A program made the position numbers and the translations under genes. From contig OX597827.1 in the NCBI GenBank assembly GCA_951406725.2, positions 14,012,001-14,076,000 on the forward strand: DNA of 64,000 bases, written 5' to 3'. This DNA comes from Octopus vulgaris. Its lineage: Eukaryota. Positions 41,601 to 54,610 of the stretch are shown here, piece by piece. Below the pieces are notes generated by a model that saw only the letters and a list, made by a program, of their open reading frames with translations, was not told the DNA's origin and did no database searches. How positions within the stretch are numbered: position 1 is the first letter of the stretch; each line of letters begins with the position of its first letter.

Positions 41601-41878
41601 TTCAAAGAAGAATACAGTGTATGTTCAAACACAAAAGAGATACCCGAAGAATAGGATATCTGACTCGCTAGAAAGAGCAGTTAAAAACTCCAAGCCACCA
41701 ATTGTTGTAATTCCAAAAGTGATTGGAAAATAAAAACTTTTACCTTTATTTTCCAATCACTTTTGGAATTACAACAATTGGTGGCTTGGAGTTTTTAACT
41801 GCTCTTTCTAGCGAGTCAGATATGCTATTCTTCGGGTATCTCTTTTGTGTTTGAACGTACACAGTATTCTTCTTTGAA
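41601..41878. repeat. Long palindrome next to (TA)n
   Basis: 134-bp arms, 3 mismatches, 10-nt loop. Confidence 0.95.
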
Positions 41879-41966
41879 TGATATATAGTCTATTGACTAA
41901 TTTTTTCTTTCTCACTAGACCACTGGTAACTAAGAATTTTTCGATGAATATTCTTGCTACCCAAAG

Positions 41967-42003
<37 letters not shown>

Positions 42004-42006
<3 letters not shown>

Positions 42007-42398
42007 CACAGGAGTGGCTGTGTGGTAAGTAGGTTGCTTACCAACCACATGGTTTCGGGTTCAGTCCTACTGAGTGGAACCTTGGGCAAGTATCTTCTTC
42101 TATAGCCTTGGGCCGACCCAAGCCTTGTGAGTGGATTTGGTTGACAGAAACTGAAAGAAGCCTGTCGTGCATATATATGTGTGTGTCTGTGTGTGTGTGC
42201 TTATGTTTGTGTGTCTGTGTTTGTCCCCCCACCACCACCATCGCTTGACAACCAATGTTGGTGTGTTTATTTTCCCTTTACTTAGCAGTTCAGCAAAAGA
42301 GCTTACAAAGAATAAGCCCTGGGGGTCGATTTGTTCAACTAAAGGCGGTGCACCAGCATGGCTGCAGTCAAATGACTAAAACAAATAAATAAATAAAA
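42004..42398 (+). mobile_element. SINE family A
   Basis: Head directly after (TA)n. Confidence 0.85.
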
Positions 42399-43010
42399 TA
42401 CTATATGCATTCATTTCTTCCAGTGAACAGCAGTTCCGTGTGTATTTGGTGAGGAAGAGTAAGTTATAAGGAGATGGAGATGTGTGTGGTGATGTTAGAT
42501 TTATTCTGATATTTGAGCATGCAGATGTCAAGATGAGTATTATAGTTGTTTGACCTTAGTCACAGCAGGCACCTACCTCAATGAACTCAGAAATATATTT
42601 CTTTACTGCCCACAAGGACAAACAAGGACAAACAAAGGGGATAAGTCGATTACATCGACCCCAGTGCAAAACTGGCACTTTATTTATCGACCCCAAAAGG
42701 ATGAAAGGCAAAGTCAACCTCAGCGGAATTTGAACTCAGAACGTAGCGGTAGATGAAATACTGCTAATTATTTCGCCTGGCATGCTAACGACTCTGCCAG
42801 CTCGCCGCCTTGGGTCAGTATGTACAGCTATTCAGCTGTTGGAATTCATTGTTTTAATAAAGAGATCTAAATCAAACACAGAGGAAGGCTGCTCTCTTGC
42901 AGGGGTAATCTCACATCCCACAAGACAGTCAATATAATAGCATAATAAAATGAAGACTACTGAAGCATCCATAATTTATATGTATTTATATATATATATG
43001 TGTATGTATA

Positions 43011-43828
43011 CTCTTTTTATTCTTTTACTTGTTTCAGTCATTTGACTGCGGCCATGCTGGAGCACCGCCTTTAGTTGAGCAAATCGACCCCAAGACTTAT
43101 TCTTTGTAAGCCTAGTACTTATTCTATCGCTCTCTTTTGCCAAACCACTAAGTTACAGGGAGGTAAACACACCAGCATCGGTTGTCAAGCAATGCTAGGG
43201 GGACAAACACAGACACACAAACATACACACACACATATATATATATATTTACATATATACGACGGGCTTCTTTCAGTTTCCATCTACCAAATCCACTCAC
43301 AAGGCTTTGGTTGGCTTGAGGCTATAGTAGAAGACACTTGCCCAAGATGCCACGCAGTGGGACTGAACCCAGAACCATGTGGTTGGTTAGCAAGCTACTT
43401 ACCACACAGCCACTCCTGCGCCTGTATGTATACTCTTTTTACTCTTTTACTTGTTTCAGTCATTTGACTGTGGTCATGCTGGAGCACCGCCTTTAGTTGA
43501 GCAAATCGACCCCAAGACTTATTCTTTGTAAGCCTAGTACTAATTCTATCGCTCTCTTTTGCCAAACCGCTAAGTTACACACCAGCATCGGTTGTCGAGT
43601 GATGTTGGGGGGACAAACACAGACACACAAACATATACACACACACATATATATATACATATATACAACGGGCTTCTTTCAGTTTCCGTCTACCAAATCC
43701 ACTCACAAGGCTTTGGTTGGCTCGAGGCTATAGTAGAAGACACTTGCCCAAGGTGCCACACAATGGGACTGAACCCAGAACCATGTGGTTGGTAAGCAAG
43801 CTACTTACCACACAGCCACTCCTGTGCC

Positions 43829-43829
<1 letters not shown>
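43011..43829 (-). mobile_element. Two tandem SINE A copies (43011-43423 and 43433-43829)
   Basis: Two copies in the same orientation. Confidence 0.9.
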
Positions 43830-43857
<28 letters not shown>

Positions 43858-43861
<4 letters not shown>

Positions 43862-43988
43862 AATTGTTAAAGAGGACAACAAACATTAAGCAAGGAAAAA
43901 ATTCAAAGTCTTTTTCTTTATAATAATGTATATGACTTGAGATGTTTATCTTGCCTTAATGCTTGCTGACCTCTTTAACAATTATATA
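43858..43988. repeat. Diverged palindrome next to (TA)n
   Basis: tataattgttaaagagg ... cctctttaacaattata termini with degenerate inner arms. Confidence 0.75.
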
Positions 43989-44194
43989 CCCGCTATATTG
44001 GAAATTTGCAATGGCTCCATGACTACCATCTCAGCTACAACCCTGGAGCCCTAATAATCTGTTACAGCACTTACCTAATATACCTAATCATTTAGATCCC
44101 TTATATATATTGAAGGTTGTGAAAATTTTTTCCATATGAAACCATTGGTAGCATTGTAAATCCATTCACAAATGAAGAATATTTATCCACATAG

Positions 44195-44596
44195 AGGTGC
44201 AGGAGTGGCTGTGTGGTAAGTAGCTTGCTAACCAACCACATGGTTCCGGGTTCAGTCCCACTGCGTGGCATCTTGGGCAAGTGTCTTCTGCTATAGCCTC
44301 GGGCCGACCAAAGCCTTGTGAGTGGATTTGGTAGACGGAAACTGAAAGAAGCCTGTTGTATATATGTATATATATATATATATGTATGTGTGTCTGTGTT
44401 TGTCCCCCTAGCATTGCTTGACAACCGATGCTGGTGTGTTTACGTCCCTATCACTTAGCGGTTCGGCAAAAAAGACCGATAGAATAAGTACTGGGCTTAC
44501 AAAAGAATAAGTCCCGGGTGTCGAGTTGCTCGATTAAAGATGGTGCTCCAGCATGGTCACAGTCAAGTGACTGAAACAAGTAAAAAGAGTAAAGAA
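44195..44596 (+). mobile_element. SINE family A
   Basis: Full-length copy. Confidence 0.9.
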
Positions 44597-44943
44597 GAAT
44601 ATGCAATACTCTGCACTAATTCTCACTGCTCAATGTATATATACATATATGCATATTTGTATGTGTGCATGGATATCTATATGTATGTATCTTTGTCTTG
44701 ACATCACAGTATAATTATGAATGATCATCACCTTCATGCAATCAGGGTTCCTCATTTTCAATCTTCCATGTGAACATGTTTACCAATGCGAAAATATAAC
44801 CTGACTTCAAAGCAGGTAAAGGGTTGATGATAGGAGGAGGATCACCCAGCTGTATAAAAACCTACCTCAACAAATTCCAGCTAAACCACACAAGCATAGA
44901 AAAGTCGACAGATGATGATGATGGTGGTGGTGTGATGATGATG

Positions 44944-45175
44944 AAAGGCGGCGCACTGGCGGAAACGTTAGCCCACCGGGCGAAATGCGTAGCCGTACTT
45001 TGTCTGCCGTTACGTCTTGAGTTCAAATTCCGCCAAGGTCGACTTTGCCTTTCACCCTTTCGGGGTCGATAAATTAAGTACCAGTTACACACTGGAGTCG
45101 ATATAATTGACTTAATCCGTTTGTCTGTCCTTGTTTGTCCCCTCTGTATTTAGCCCCTTGTGGGTAGTAAAGAAA
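44944..45175 (+). mobile_element. SINE family B (aaggcggcg...gagttcaaattcc...gtcgactttgcctttcatcc)
   Basis: tRNA-like head and shared core. Other copies at about 8760-9190(-), 9500-9740(-), 13905-14085, 22781-22985, 23067-23270, 37642-37860, 39690-39880(-), 42620-42812(-), 45505-45820, 46840-47235(-), 47465-47670(-), 48955-49165(-). Confidence 0.85.
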
Positions 45176-45184
45176 TAGATGATG

Positions 45185-45216
<32 letters not shown>

Positions 45217-46169
45217 GATTATTTACTGAAGAAAATATATATATATATACATATATACATTACTGGTGCAATTAGAAGTCTTTTTCTTCATGCAATAACG
45301 TGCTCCAGAATAAATCTACTGATTTCAACTAATAAAATATGCATAGATTATAATAAATTAATACACTCAACAATCATAAATGAGTGCTGTTTTTATTCAA
45401 TCTCATTGTGGACAGATAAAGACAAATCAAAGACCGGACTAGTTTCGATTTTTACTGGGATATCATCATTGTGATACTGTAAATGTAGGTATTATCATTT
45501 AGGGATAAGGTGGTCAACTGCCTGAATTGTTTGCACACTGGACGAAATACCTAGCAGTATTTTGCCAATCATTAAGTTCAGAGTTCAAATTCTGCCGCAG
45601 ATGACTTTACCTTTGTTGTGGCAGACACGCCCAAGTGAGAAGTGGGTTGTTCCCCTACTGATAAATAGTGGACAGGCACAGTAAACAGTGGGGGGACATA
45701 TCAGCCTTTCATCCTTGTGGGGTCGATAAGTTGAGTACCAGTGGAGTACTGGGGTCAATATAATCGACTTAACTTCTCCTGCCCAAATTTCAGGCATTCT
45801 TCCTATAGTAGAAAGGATTATTATTATTTAGGGATATACCAATTTGCATAAATCTTGCACTCTTGTCAGGCAGTAAAAGTGATAAATCATTGATGGATTA
45901 GTAGTGTTTGCTTTCTGATGCTATAATATTAATATATCTTATTAAAAAAGAACTCCTGAAACAGCATACATTACATCCAATCATGAAAAAATATAAGCAA
46001 ACAGAATATATATGTGTTGTGTGTGTGTGACTGTGTTTGTGTATACATGTATTACATGTATATATGTGTATATATGTAAATACATATACATATACATATT
46101 GTCGCATACATACAAATACACACATATGTATGTATACATTTGTCTAAATATACATACATTTATACTCAT

Positions 46170-46511
46170 ATATATATATATATATATACAAATATATATA
46201 AACAATACTTATAAATACATATATATGTAGGTATGTATGTATATATATGTGCATGTATATATTTATGAATCTTTATATATATGTAGGTATATATATACAA
46301 ATATATATAAACAATACTTATAAATACGTATATATGTAGGTATGTATGTATATATATGTGCATGTATATATTTATGAATCATAATATATATGTAGGTATA
46401 TATATATATATACAAATATATATAAACAATACTTATAAATACATATATATATGTAGGTATGTATGTATATATATGTGCATGTATATATTTATGAATCTTT
46501 ATATATATTTT

Positions 46512-46555
<44 letters not shown>
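46170..46555. repeat. ~115-bp TA-rich tandem repeat, 3 copies
   Basis: aaacaatacttataaatac at ~46200, ~46310 and ~46425. Confidence 0.85.
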
Positions 46556-46559
<4 letters not shown>

Positions 46560-47675
46560 CTTCTAAATGATGATATCTCTTTTTTGCCAATCATTACTAA
46601 CATAAGACACAATCCCTGAAATTTGGAGGATGGAGTATATAATCAATTAAATCCACTACAATACATGCTAAGCAATCTAGTTTACCCATCCTAAAAAGAT
46701 GAAAGATAAAAGGCAAAGTTAATCTGAGATTGATTTGAACTCAGAACACAAAGAGTGAGAGCAAATAGTGCAGGAGGTATTTTATCCATTGCTGTAATGT
46801 TCCTGTCTATCAATAATGATGATAATGATAATGTTCTTTTCTAGTCTAGGCACAAGGCCCGAAATTTTTGGGGAGGGGCCAGTCAATTAGATCAACCCCA
46901 GTATGCTATTGGTACATAATTTATCGACCCCGAAAAGATGAATGGCGAAGTGGATCTCAGCGGAATTTGAACTCAGAATGTAAAGAGAGACGAAATACCT
47001 ATTTCTTTACGACCCACAAGAGGCTAAACACAGAGGGGACAAACAAGGACAGACAAAGGGATTAAATCGATTATATCGACCCCAGTGTGTAGCAGGCACT
47101 TAAGTTATCGACCTCGAAAGAATGAAAGGCAAAGTTGACCTCAGCGGAATTTGAACTCACAACTTAACGGCAGACGAAATACCGCTAAGCATTTCGCCCG
47201 GTGTGCTAATGTTTCTGCCAGTTCACTGCCTTTGATAATAATAATGTTAATCCTGAATTTCTAGGTGAGGGTTTGCTTGATCACATTGTATGCAGTGTTC
47301 AGCTGGTACTTAATTTATCAACCCCAGAGGGATAAAAGATAAAGTCAACTTCGGCAGAATTTGAACTTGCCATGTATAGCTAAGCATGTTGTTTGGCATT
47401 CTAAGGCATTCTATTGACTCTGCCAGCTTGTTGTCTTAATGATGATACTAAATAATTCTTTCTCATTTTGGCACAAGGCCAGCAACTTTGAGGGGGGGGG
47501 AAGAAGTCGATTATATCGACCCCAGTGCTCAGCTGGTACTTATTTTATCCACCCTAAAGGGATGAAAGGCTAAGTCCACCTTGGCAGAATTTGAACTCAG
47601 AGCATGAAGGCAGACGAAATGGTGTAATGCATTTTGTGCAGTTTGCTAACAATTCTGCTAGCTGGCCACATTAAT

Positions 47676-47995
47676 AATAATGATAGTGATAATAATAATA
47701 ATAATAATAATGATAATAATAATAATAATGATAATAATAATAATAATGATAATAATAATGATAATAATAATAATAATGATAATAATAATAATAATGATAA
47801 TAATAATAATAATAATGATAATAATAATGATAATAATAATGATAATAATAATAATAATGATAATAATAATGATAATAATAATAATAATAATGATAATAAT
47901 AATGATAATAATAATGATAATAATAATAATAATGATAATGATAATAATAATAATGATAACAATAATAATAATAATAATAATAATAAAAATAATAA
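47676..47995. repeat. (AAT)n/(GAT) trinucleotide tract
   Basis: Seen directly. Confidence 0.97.
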
Positions 47996-48215
47996 TAAAT
48001 ATTCAGACAAATACATAACAAAAACACCAGGACTAACAAATATATATAACATACAGAAAATAGCACTACTAGGCACTGCACACATCCTACGTAAAACACC
48101 TTCCATACAGTAACCATAAGAGCATCACCACAAACCACAGCACATACCCAAAGCACAGAGAGCTGCACCCGGTAGGGAAGTGAAAGCATGTGATAAAAAT
48201 AAGACTACTGAATAA
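47990..48215 (+). mobile_element. R4/Dong LINE 3' end in (AAT)n
   Basis: KYSDKYITKTPGLTNIYNIQKIALLGTAHILRKTPSIQ*, 3'UTR and (AAT)n tail. Confidence 0.8.
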
Positions 48216-48470
48216 TAATAATAATAATAATAGGCGTGGGCATGGCTGTGTGGTTAGGGAGCTTGCTTCCCAGCTACATGGTTTCAGGTTCAGTCCCACA
48301 GCGTGGCATTTTGGGCAGGTGTCTTCTACTATAGCCCCGAGCCAACCGAAGCTTTGTGATTGAATTCGGTAGGAGGAAGTTACTGCCGTGTGTGTATGTG
48401 TGCATGTAGGTGCTCAGTACTTCTCCGAAAGAGAGAGAAGGGAATAATAATGATAATAATAATAATAATG

Positions 48471-48520
<50 letters not shown>

Positions 48521-48521
<1 letters not shown>

Positions 48522-48770
48522 GAGAAATATCAAGATCTAGCCAGAGCAATGAAGAGATTGTGGAAGTCTAAGGTGACATTTATTCCTGCTGCAGTTGAGG
48601 CACCCAAACTGCTACCAAAGAGGCTGAAGGATATGGGAACCAAGACTTGTATTGTTAAGCTGCTATTCTTATTATCTGCAGGAAACCTAAGAAAAATTCT
48701 TGAGATTCAAGGAGACTTAATTACCACCAAACCTCAAGACAATATTCCTGTAAACTAATAATAAAACATG
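48521..48770 (+). mobile_element. Second R4/Dong-like 3' fragment in (AAT)n
   Basis: EKYQDLARAMKRLWKSKVTFIP...LRKILE, the C-terminal region of the restriction-like endonuclease. Confidence 0.7.
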
Positions 48771-48850
48771 TAATAGTCATATTATATTATTATTATTATT
48801 ATTATTAACAACAACAACAACAACAACAGCAACAGCAACAGCAACAACAA

Positions 48851-48881
<31 letters not shown>

Positions 48882-49463
48882 AACGGTGATAATAATAATA
48901 ATGCTATTCTTCGAGAGAAAGAGAGAGTAATTTCTATATTAACAATTATCCTTTCTACTGATGGCACAAGGCCTGAAGATTAGGGGGAGGTGACTAGTTG
49001 ATTTCATCAATCCCCAACGTTTCACTGGTACTTAATTTATTGACCTCGAAAGGATGAAAGGCAGAGTCGACCTCAGCAGAATTTGAACTCGGAACGTAGT
49101 GGCAGACGAAATACTGCTAAGCATTTCACCCAGTGTGCTAATGATTCTGCCAGCTCACCGCCTTATATATATATTAAGAGTAATAATAATAATAGTAATT
49201 ATATATGCGGGTATGTGTTTATGAGTGTGTGTATACAGGTATATGCAGGTATATCGATAAACACCAGATGTGATTCAGAAGTGTACTACTATCACCACTA
49301 AACAGATTAGCTGTCTTGTTAGTTGAAGGAAATCAATAATATATATATTTTTAAAGAACTTTTTAAAGAACTTTCAGCAGGTTTTCTTCTGGTTCATGAC
49401 TGATGCATTATAATCTGTTGTTCAGAAAGCCATGAATGATTAATGAAAATCTCTAAGACTCAC

Positions 49464-49614
49464 CAGGAATTTCTTCATAAGGACTCATATCCTTTTTATT
49501 CTGACTGCTATTTTGCAGTTTATGAGGAGATACATTGCTGCCATAGTGATCAGGAGTTGCAATGAACCTTCTTTCGTGTCTTCCAGATGTCATTCCAACT
49601 TCTTGAATACAAGC
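49464..49614 (-). CDS. Putative host gene, exon 2 (ACIQEVGMTSGRHERRFIATPDHYGSNVSPHKLQNSSQNKKDMSPYEEIP)
   Basis: Acceptor tctgtcttcttag|G, donor CTG|gtgagt; 151 nt, only one open frame, phase 0 to 1; non-repetitive sequence. Confidence 0.65.
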
Positions 49615-49906
49615 CTAAGAAGACAGATATCAAACATGTAGCTTTTTTACAATTGAAATATATTCATAAATAGCTAAGGTATGTATTTGTATTCTTAGGT
49701 GTGTTTGGTGCACATCACACACCCACAAATGTCATGAAATGATTGATGATTTAATAAATTTGTTGTAAGTAAATTGCATATTTGCAATTTATTACAACTT
49801 TTGCATAATGTTTAGAAAGATGCTATTCATTATCCATGAATAGATGCTAATATTTATTGAAATCTCCTGCATTATAATATAATATAATATAATTTGCTGT
49901 CATTAC

Positions 49907-49957
49907 CAGAAGTACCATAGTTTCGTGGTAAACTCTCACAGTGTGCTTAATTTCCAT
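49907..49957 (-). CDS. Putative host gene, coding exon 1 (MEIKHTVRVYHETMVLL)
   Basis: ATG at 49957 in acaATGg context with an in-frame upstream TGA; 17 codons; donor CTG|gtaatg; phase 0 matches the next exon 292 bp away. Confidence 0.5.
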
Positions 49958-50529
49958 TGTGAGATCAATTCCTGGTTGAGCCACTCCCCTTCAAGTACTC
50001 TGCAATTTCTTATCATGATCAATAGCTTGGAAAGGTTAAAACATGATATGATGTTTTTATAAATACATTTGAGAATACCACTTATCACACCCAGTTTATT
50101 TCCCAAGGTACTATATCTACAGAATATTAATTATAATCATGGAAATTAGGAGTTCACAGCCAGGCATGCTTTTTCTAAGATTACTGGTAAAGTGAATGAA
50201 ATAGCAATGACTTTTACCACCACCACCACTCTGGAAGCAGCACTTGAATTACTTGAATGGCAAATTGCTAGTTTATCACTTAAGTTAAATACACTTATCA
50301 CCTAATATTTTTGTATAATAGTGACCTTAAATTTTGACTTAGAGCAATGATAGAAACTTCTTATATTTGAAGGGTGCATTGGTTTAAATGTAATCTAATA
50401 TGGTTCATTAAAAGTTTAATCAAATATATGGAAAAAAAACACAAAAAAACACATACAATAGGAATACAAAATACAAAATGGCTGACCGTTAGTAAGGAGA
50501 GACACACAAATAAGAAAGAAGAAAGCAAA

Positions 50530-50574
50530 GGACCACTGATGAGGTCACAGGAGTGTGATGAAATAACTCTGGCC
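50530..50574 (+). ncRNA. Hammerhead-like motif with canonical CUGAUGA/GAAA core
   Basis: CCA-CUGAUGA-G-GUCAC(AGGAGU)GUGAU-GAAA-UAAC-UC-UGG; a related degenerate copy lies on the minus strand at ~26540-26585. Confidence 0.5.
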
Positions 50575-50814
50575 AAAATAAGATTAAGATTAATGTAAAA
50601 AATGAATAACGCTGAAGCAAAGTAACACCAAATATATAGTGTGTGTGTTTTTTTTGGCTAAACTGGCAAAATGACCATTCCTAAATAAAGCATAAAAATA
50701 TATTTGTTGTGAAAATGTATTTACAAATACTTTTAAAGTAAGACACAAAAAATGTAAACCAATAGGTTTATACACACACATACACACTCATAATGAATAA
50801 TATAATACAAAAAT

Positions 50815-51145
50815 GGTGGCACACTTATGCCGGTGGCACATAAAAAGCACCATCCGAACGTGGCCGATGCCAGCACCACCTCGACTGGCTTCTGTGCCGG
50901 TGGCACATAAAAAGCACCAACCAATCGTGGCCGATGCCAGACCCCCCTGGCACCTGTGCAGGTGGCACGTAAAAAGCACCCACTACACTCACGGAGTGGT
51001 TGGCGTTAGGAAGGGCATCCAGCTGTAGAAACACTGCCAGATCAGACTGGAGCCTGGTGCAGCCCCTGGCTTCCCAGACCCCTGTCGAACCGTCCAACCC
51101 ATGCTAGCGCGGAAAACGGACGTTAAACGATGATGATGATGATGA
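50815..51145 (+). mobile_element. Repeat family E (gtggcacataaaaagcacc internal repeats, (GAT)n tail)
   Basis: Other copies at 10250-10610(-), 55390-55700 and 60655-60838. Confidence 0.8.
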
Positions 51146-51154
51146 TGAAAGGTA

Positions 51155-51490
51155 AAGAACCTTTTTAGCTATAAATGACCATGGAATTGTACCTAGAAAG
51201 TTACCCTCCAAGGCACAAGTCTGGACAAGGTTGTTTGTGGAAAACCAACTGTCACCCACGCAGACCAGCCTCTCCTCTTCATGCCACTGATGATACCCAA
51301 GGGAAAAGCAAAGGTCAATTACAGCTTGGCACCAATGATGTCGCAACTCATTTCTACAGCTGAGTGAACTGGAGCAACATGAAAGAAAGTGTCTTGCTCA
51401 AGAACACAACACACAGCCTGGTCTGAGAATTGAACTCACTACTTCATGATTGTGAGCTCGATGCTCTTACCACTGAACCATGTGCCTTCA
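51155..51490 (-). mobile_element. SINE family C
   Basis: Homology to 5899-6229. Confidence 0.85.
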
Positions 51491-52039
51491 CTATCATTAA
51501 CGTAAATGTTAATCTAATGCAAAATTCTGAGTCCTTCTGGAAGGCTACATATAAGGGTCTGAATGACTGCACATGGTTTTAGGGTCACAGATTGACTTCA
51601 CCTCTGCCCTAGAATCAGACTAAAGAAACAGAAGTATTTTATTGAAATCTTGTATTTTAATGCCTTTTGTTTGCACAGTTTTGGCAATAATGTGACTGTA
51701 AAATAGTTGTTCCTATCACAGCAAGGTTCAGCTATGATTAAGAAATTCACAGTGGCAGAACGAACAGGATATATTTATTTGGAATAAGAAAGACATATAA
51801 AAATATGCAATATTTACTGATATGGAAGTGTGAAAGTGAATGTAGATGACTTAGTGATTAAGGTGTTGCACTTATGATTGCCTGATCTTGGTTTCAATTC
51901 CCAGGCTGGCAGTGCATTGTATTCAAGAACGAAACACTTTATTTCATGTTGCTCAGGTCCACTTAGCTGTAAGTGAATAACCATCTAAGTCCAAGAGTCC
52001 AAGACAGTAATGTCCAGGGTAGTTATGTTGCTGCTGCTG

Positions 52040-52416
52040 TTGAGCTGTTGAGTGAACGGTCTTTGTCCCAGAGCTCGCAAGATGGGAGAAGTCCGAAATG
52101 TGGTCCTTTGCTATTCGTAAGACCCACAGAAGAGAAAACAGGTCAACCCCTGACACAGAGAGCATCAACGGATGGATGAATGCGCATCCAGGCTCAGCGG
52201 TTGCGTAGGAAGTCGGGGACAAGAAACAAGAAGAAAGAGTGAGAGAAAGTTGGAGCGAAAGAGTACAACAGGGGTCGCTATCACCCCCTTGCCGGAGCCT
52301 CGTGGAGCTTTAGGTGTTTTCACTCATTAAACACACACAACACCTGGTCTGGGAATCGAAACCACAATCCTCCGACCGTGAGTCCACTGCCCTAACCATT
52401 GGGCCATTGCGCCTCC
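52040..52416 (-). mobile_element. SINE with a D-like head and a different 3' half
   Basis: Head shared with 53985; the tail is unrelated and ends in (CAG)n. Confidence 0.75.
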
Positions 52417-52821
52417 ACTGCTGCTGTTGTTGTTGTTGTTGTTGATGATGATGATGATGATGAAGGTGCTAGAACCAATTGCAGAATACTGAGTAGAAGT
52501 ACAAGCATGACAATGTACTCAAAACGTTCACAACTAGGGTGACTTCAAGTGTGATTCCAGTGTGACTCTTTGGGCAAATGGTTTCTGGGTAAAAGTCTCA
52601 TAAGTGAAATTTAGTTGGCAGAAAATAAACTCTATGGATCATATTTTTGATCGTTGCTATTCTTGGACAATAGAATTAATCCATGACCCACCTTTAACAC
52701 CTTCCAACCACTACCACCACCTGGATCTCAGATGCCTTTTGCAGAGTTCAATCTGTTGGAAACATTTAGGCCAGATCTCCAATTTAAGGGTAACTTCTAC
52801 CATTCCTTCTACAATTTTATT

Positions 52822-53217
52822 CTTTTATCTGTTTTAGTTATTTGACTGTGGCCATGCTGGAGCATCACCTTTAGTCGAACAAATAAACCCCAGGACTTAT
52901 TCTTTGTAAGCCTAGTACTTATTTTATCGGTATCTTTTGCCGAATCACTAAGTTACAGGGATGTAAACACACCAGCATCGGTTGTCAAACGATGTTGAGG
53001 GACAAACAGATACATAAACATATACATATGTGTGTATATATATATATATATAACATGACAGGCTTCTTTCAGTTTCCATCTACCAAATCCACTCACAGGC
53101 TTTGGTCAGCCTGAGGCTAAAGTAGAAGACACTTGCCTGAAGTGCCACACAGTGGGACTGAACCTGGAACCATGTGGTTGGTAAGCAAGCTACTTACCAC
53201 ACACCCACTCCTGCACC
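52822..53217 (-). mobile_element. SINE family A
   Basis: Full-length copy. Confidence 0.85.
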
Positions 53218-53984
53218 AGGACCTGTAAGAGGTCCTGAAAAGAGTAATGGGTGCACCATTCCTCCTCTGACTAAACCATAAGAAAACAAGTAAACAGATC
53301 AAAATGAAATCACATCCTTCTTAACTCTTTATCAGTTGTATGTATTTAGAGTACATTAACTGTTGTGTCTGGGGGGATTCCTTTTCTCTTTTTCTTTATT
53401 TGCCTTATAATATAACACACTCACCGGTAAAATCTCCACGTTTTAATTTTTTAAAATTTAAAATTTTTTTTAATTTTTTAATTTTATATTATATTTTTAT
53501 TTTATATTTTATTTTTATGTTATAAGGCACAAAAAGAAAAAGGGAAAATGACTCTCCCCAGACACAGCAGAATATGCTTCAACACACGAACTCACATAAA
53601 GAATCTTGCAAACCAAATCCAAAAACGAAGTATATTAACTGATATCCATTTACATTACTTGAATCTTATTTATTATTTATAAATAGTGTTTAAACAAAGA
53701 CAGGCCATGCTCTGTGTCTGTAACACTAGACAGACATTTCATATAACCTAACCCACTTTAGACAACCTCCAGTTCTAAGGTATAAATTCACTGTCTTAAA
53801 GTGTTATAAATCAAAACTTTCCATCAAAATTTCATGTTAATCTATCTTCCAAATACCAGCTTAATAATGCCAAAGTTATTTAACTAAACTTCTCATTTCT
53901 TTAAAATGTAACTGAAACAATGACAATGTATTTTAACATACATATGGTAACAAAAGTGTTTTCGGGTTCAGTACTCATAAGTCA

Positions 53985-54305
53985 TGTGGAGGCGCAATGG
54001 CCCAGTGGTTAGGGCAGCGGACTCATGGTCAGAGGATCGTGGTTTCGATTCCCAGACCGGGCGTTGTGTTTGTTTATTGAGCGAAAACACCCAAAGCTAT
54101 ACGAGGCTCCGGCAGGGGGTGGTAGCGACCCCTGTTGTACTCTTTCACCCCAACTTTCTCTCACTCTCTCTTCCTGTTTCTTGAGTAATGCTGCGATGGA
54201 CTGGCGTCCCATCAAACTGGGAGGAACACATACGCCACAGAAACTGGGAAACCGGGCCCATGAGCCTGGCTAGGCTTGAAAAGGGTGCGTAAATAAATAA
54301 ATAAA
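53985..54305 (+). mobile_element. SINE family D-like
   Basis: A box TGGCCCAGTGG, B box GGTTTCGATTCC, gatggactggcgtcccatc domain, (AATA)n tail. Confidence 0.85.
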
Positions 54306-54389
54306 CTTATAAGTCACATGTTGTTGCTGTTTTTGTTGGTGTTGGTGGTCCTATTGATTTTTAGCACTAATTCACTTTAACCACATTAA

Positions 54390-54610
54390 CCCTTTCGTTA
54401 CAGTATTTATTTTAAGATGCTCTGTGTTTCTTTCAATTACTTTAAATATAACAAAGAATTTAGTAAAATAACTTAGTCATCATTCAGCTAGTGTTAGGAA
54501 CATAAATTGTGACTAAGGTTTGGTGGAAGATTTTAATTCAAAACTTATGAAAACAAGACATCTGTACTAAAGAGCCAAGGCCGGTTTCAGCCGGGTTGGT
54601 AACGAAAGGG
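54390..54610 (-). mobile_element. piggyBac-type MITE, same family in opposite orientation
   Basis: TTAA|CCCTTTCGTTAC ... GTAACGAAAGGG|TTAA; reverse-complement homolog of 8928-9149. Confidence 0.88.

Noticed and set aside
47597-48189. Poly-N, poly-L and poly-Y ORFs
   Set aside because: They are an (AAT)n microsatellite plus a Dong 3' end.
50140-50310. Short plus-strand open frame EFTARHAFSKITGKV...
   Set aside because: No convincing splice sites or start codon, and no recognisable homology.
52081-52160. HDV-like ribozyme in the SINE tail (minus strand)
   Set aside because: I could not form P1 or the nested double pseudoknot by eye.
53985-54060. tRNA gene
   Set aside because: A and B boxes are present, but the sequence continues into a SINE body and tail, lacks a complete cloverleaf and is multicopy.
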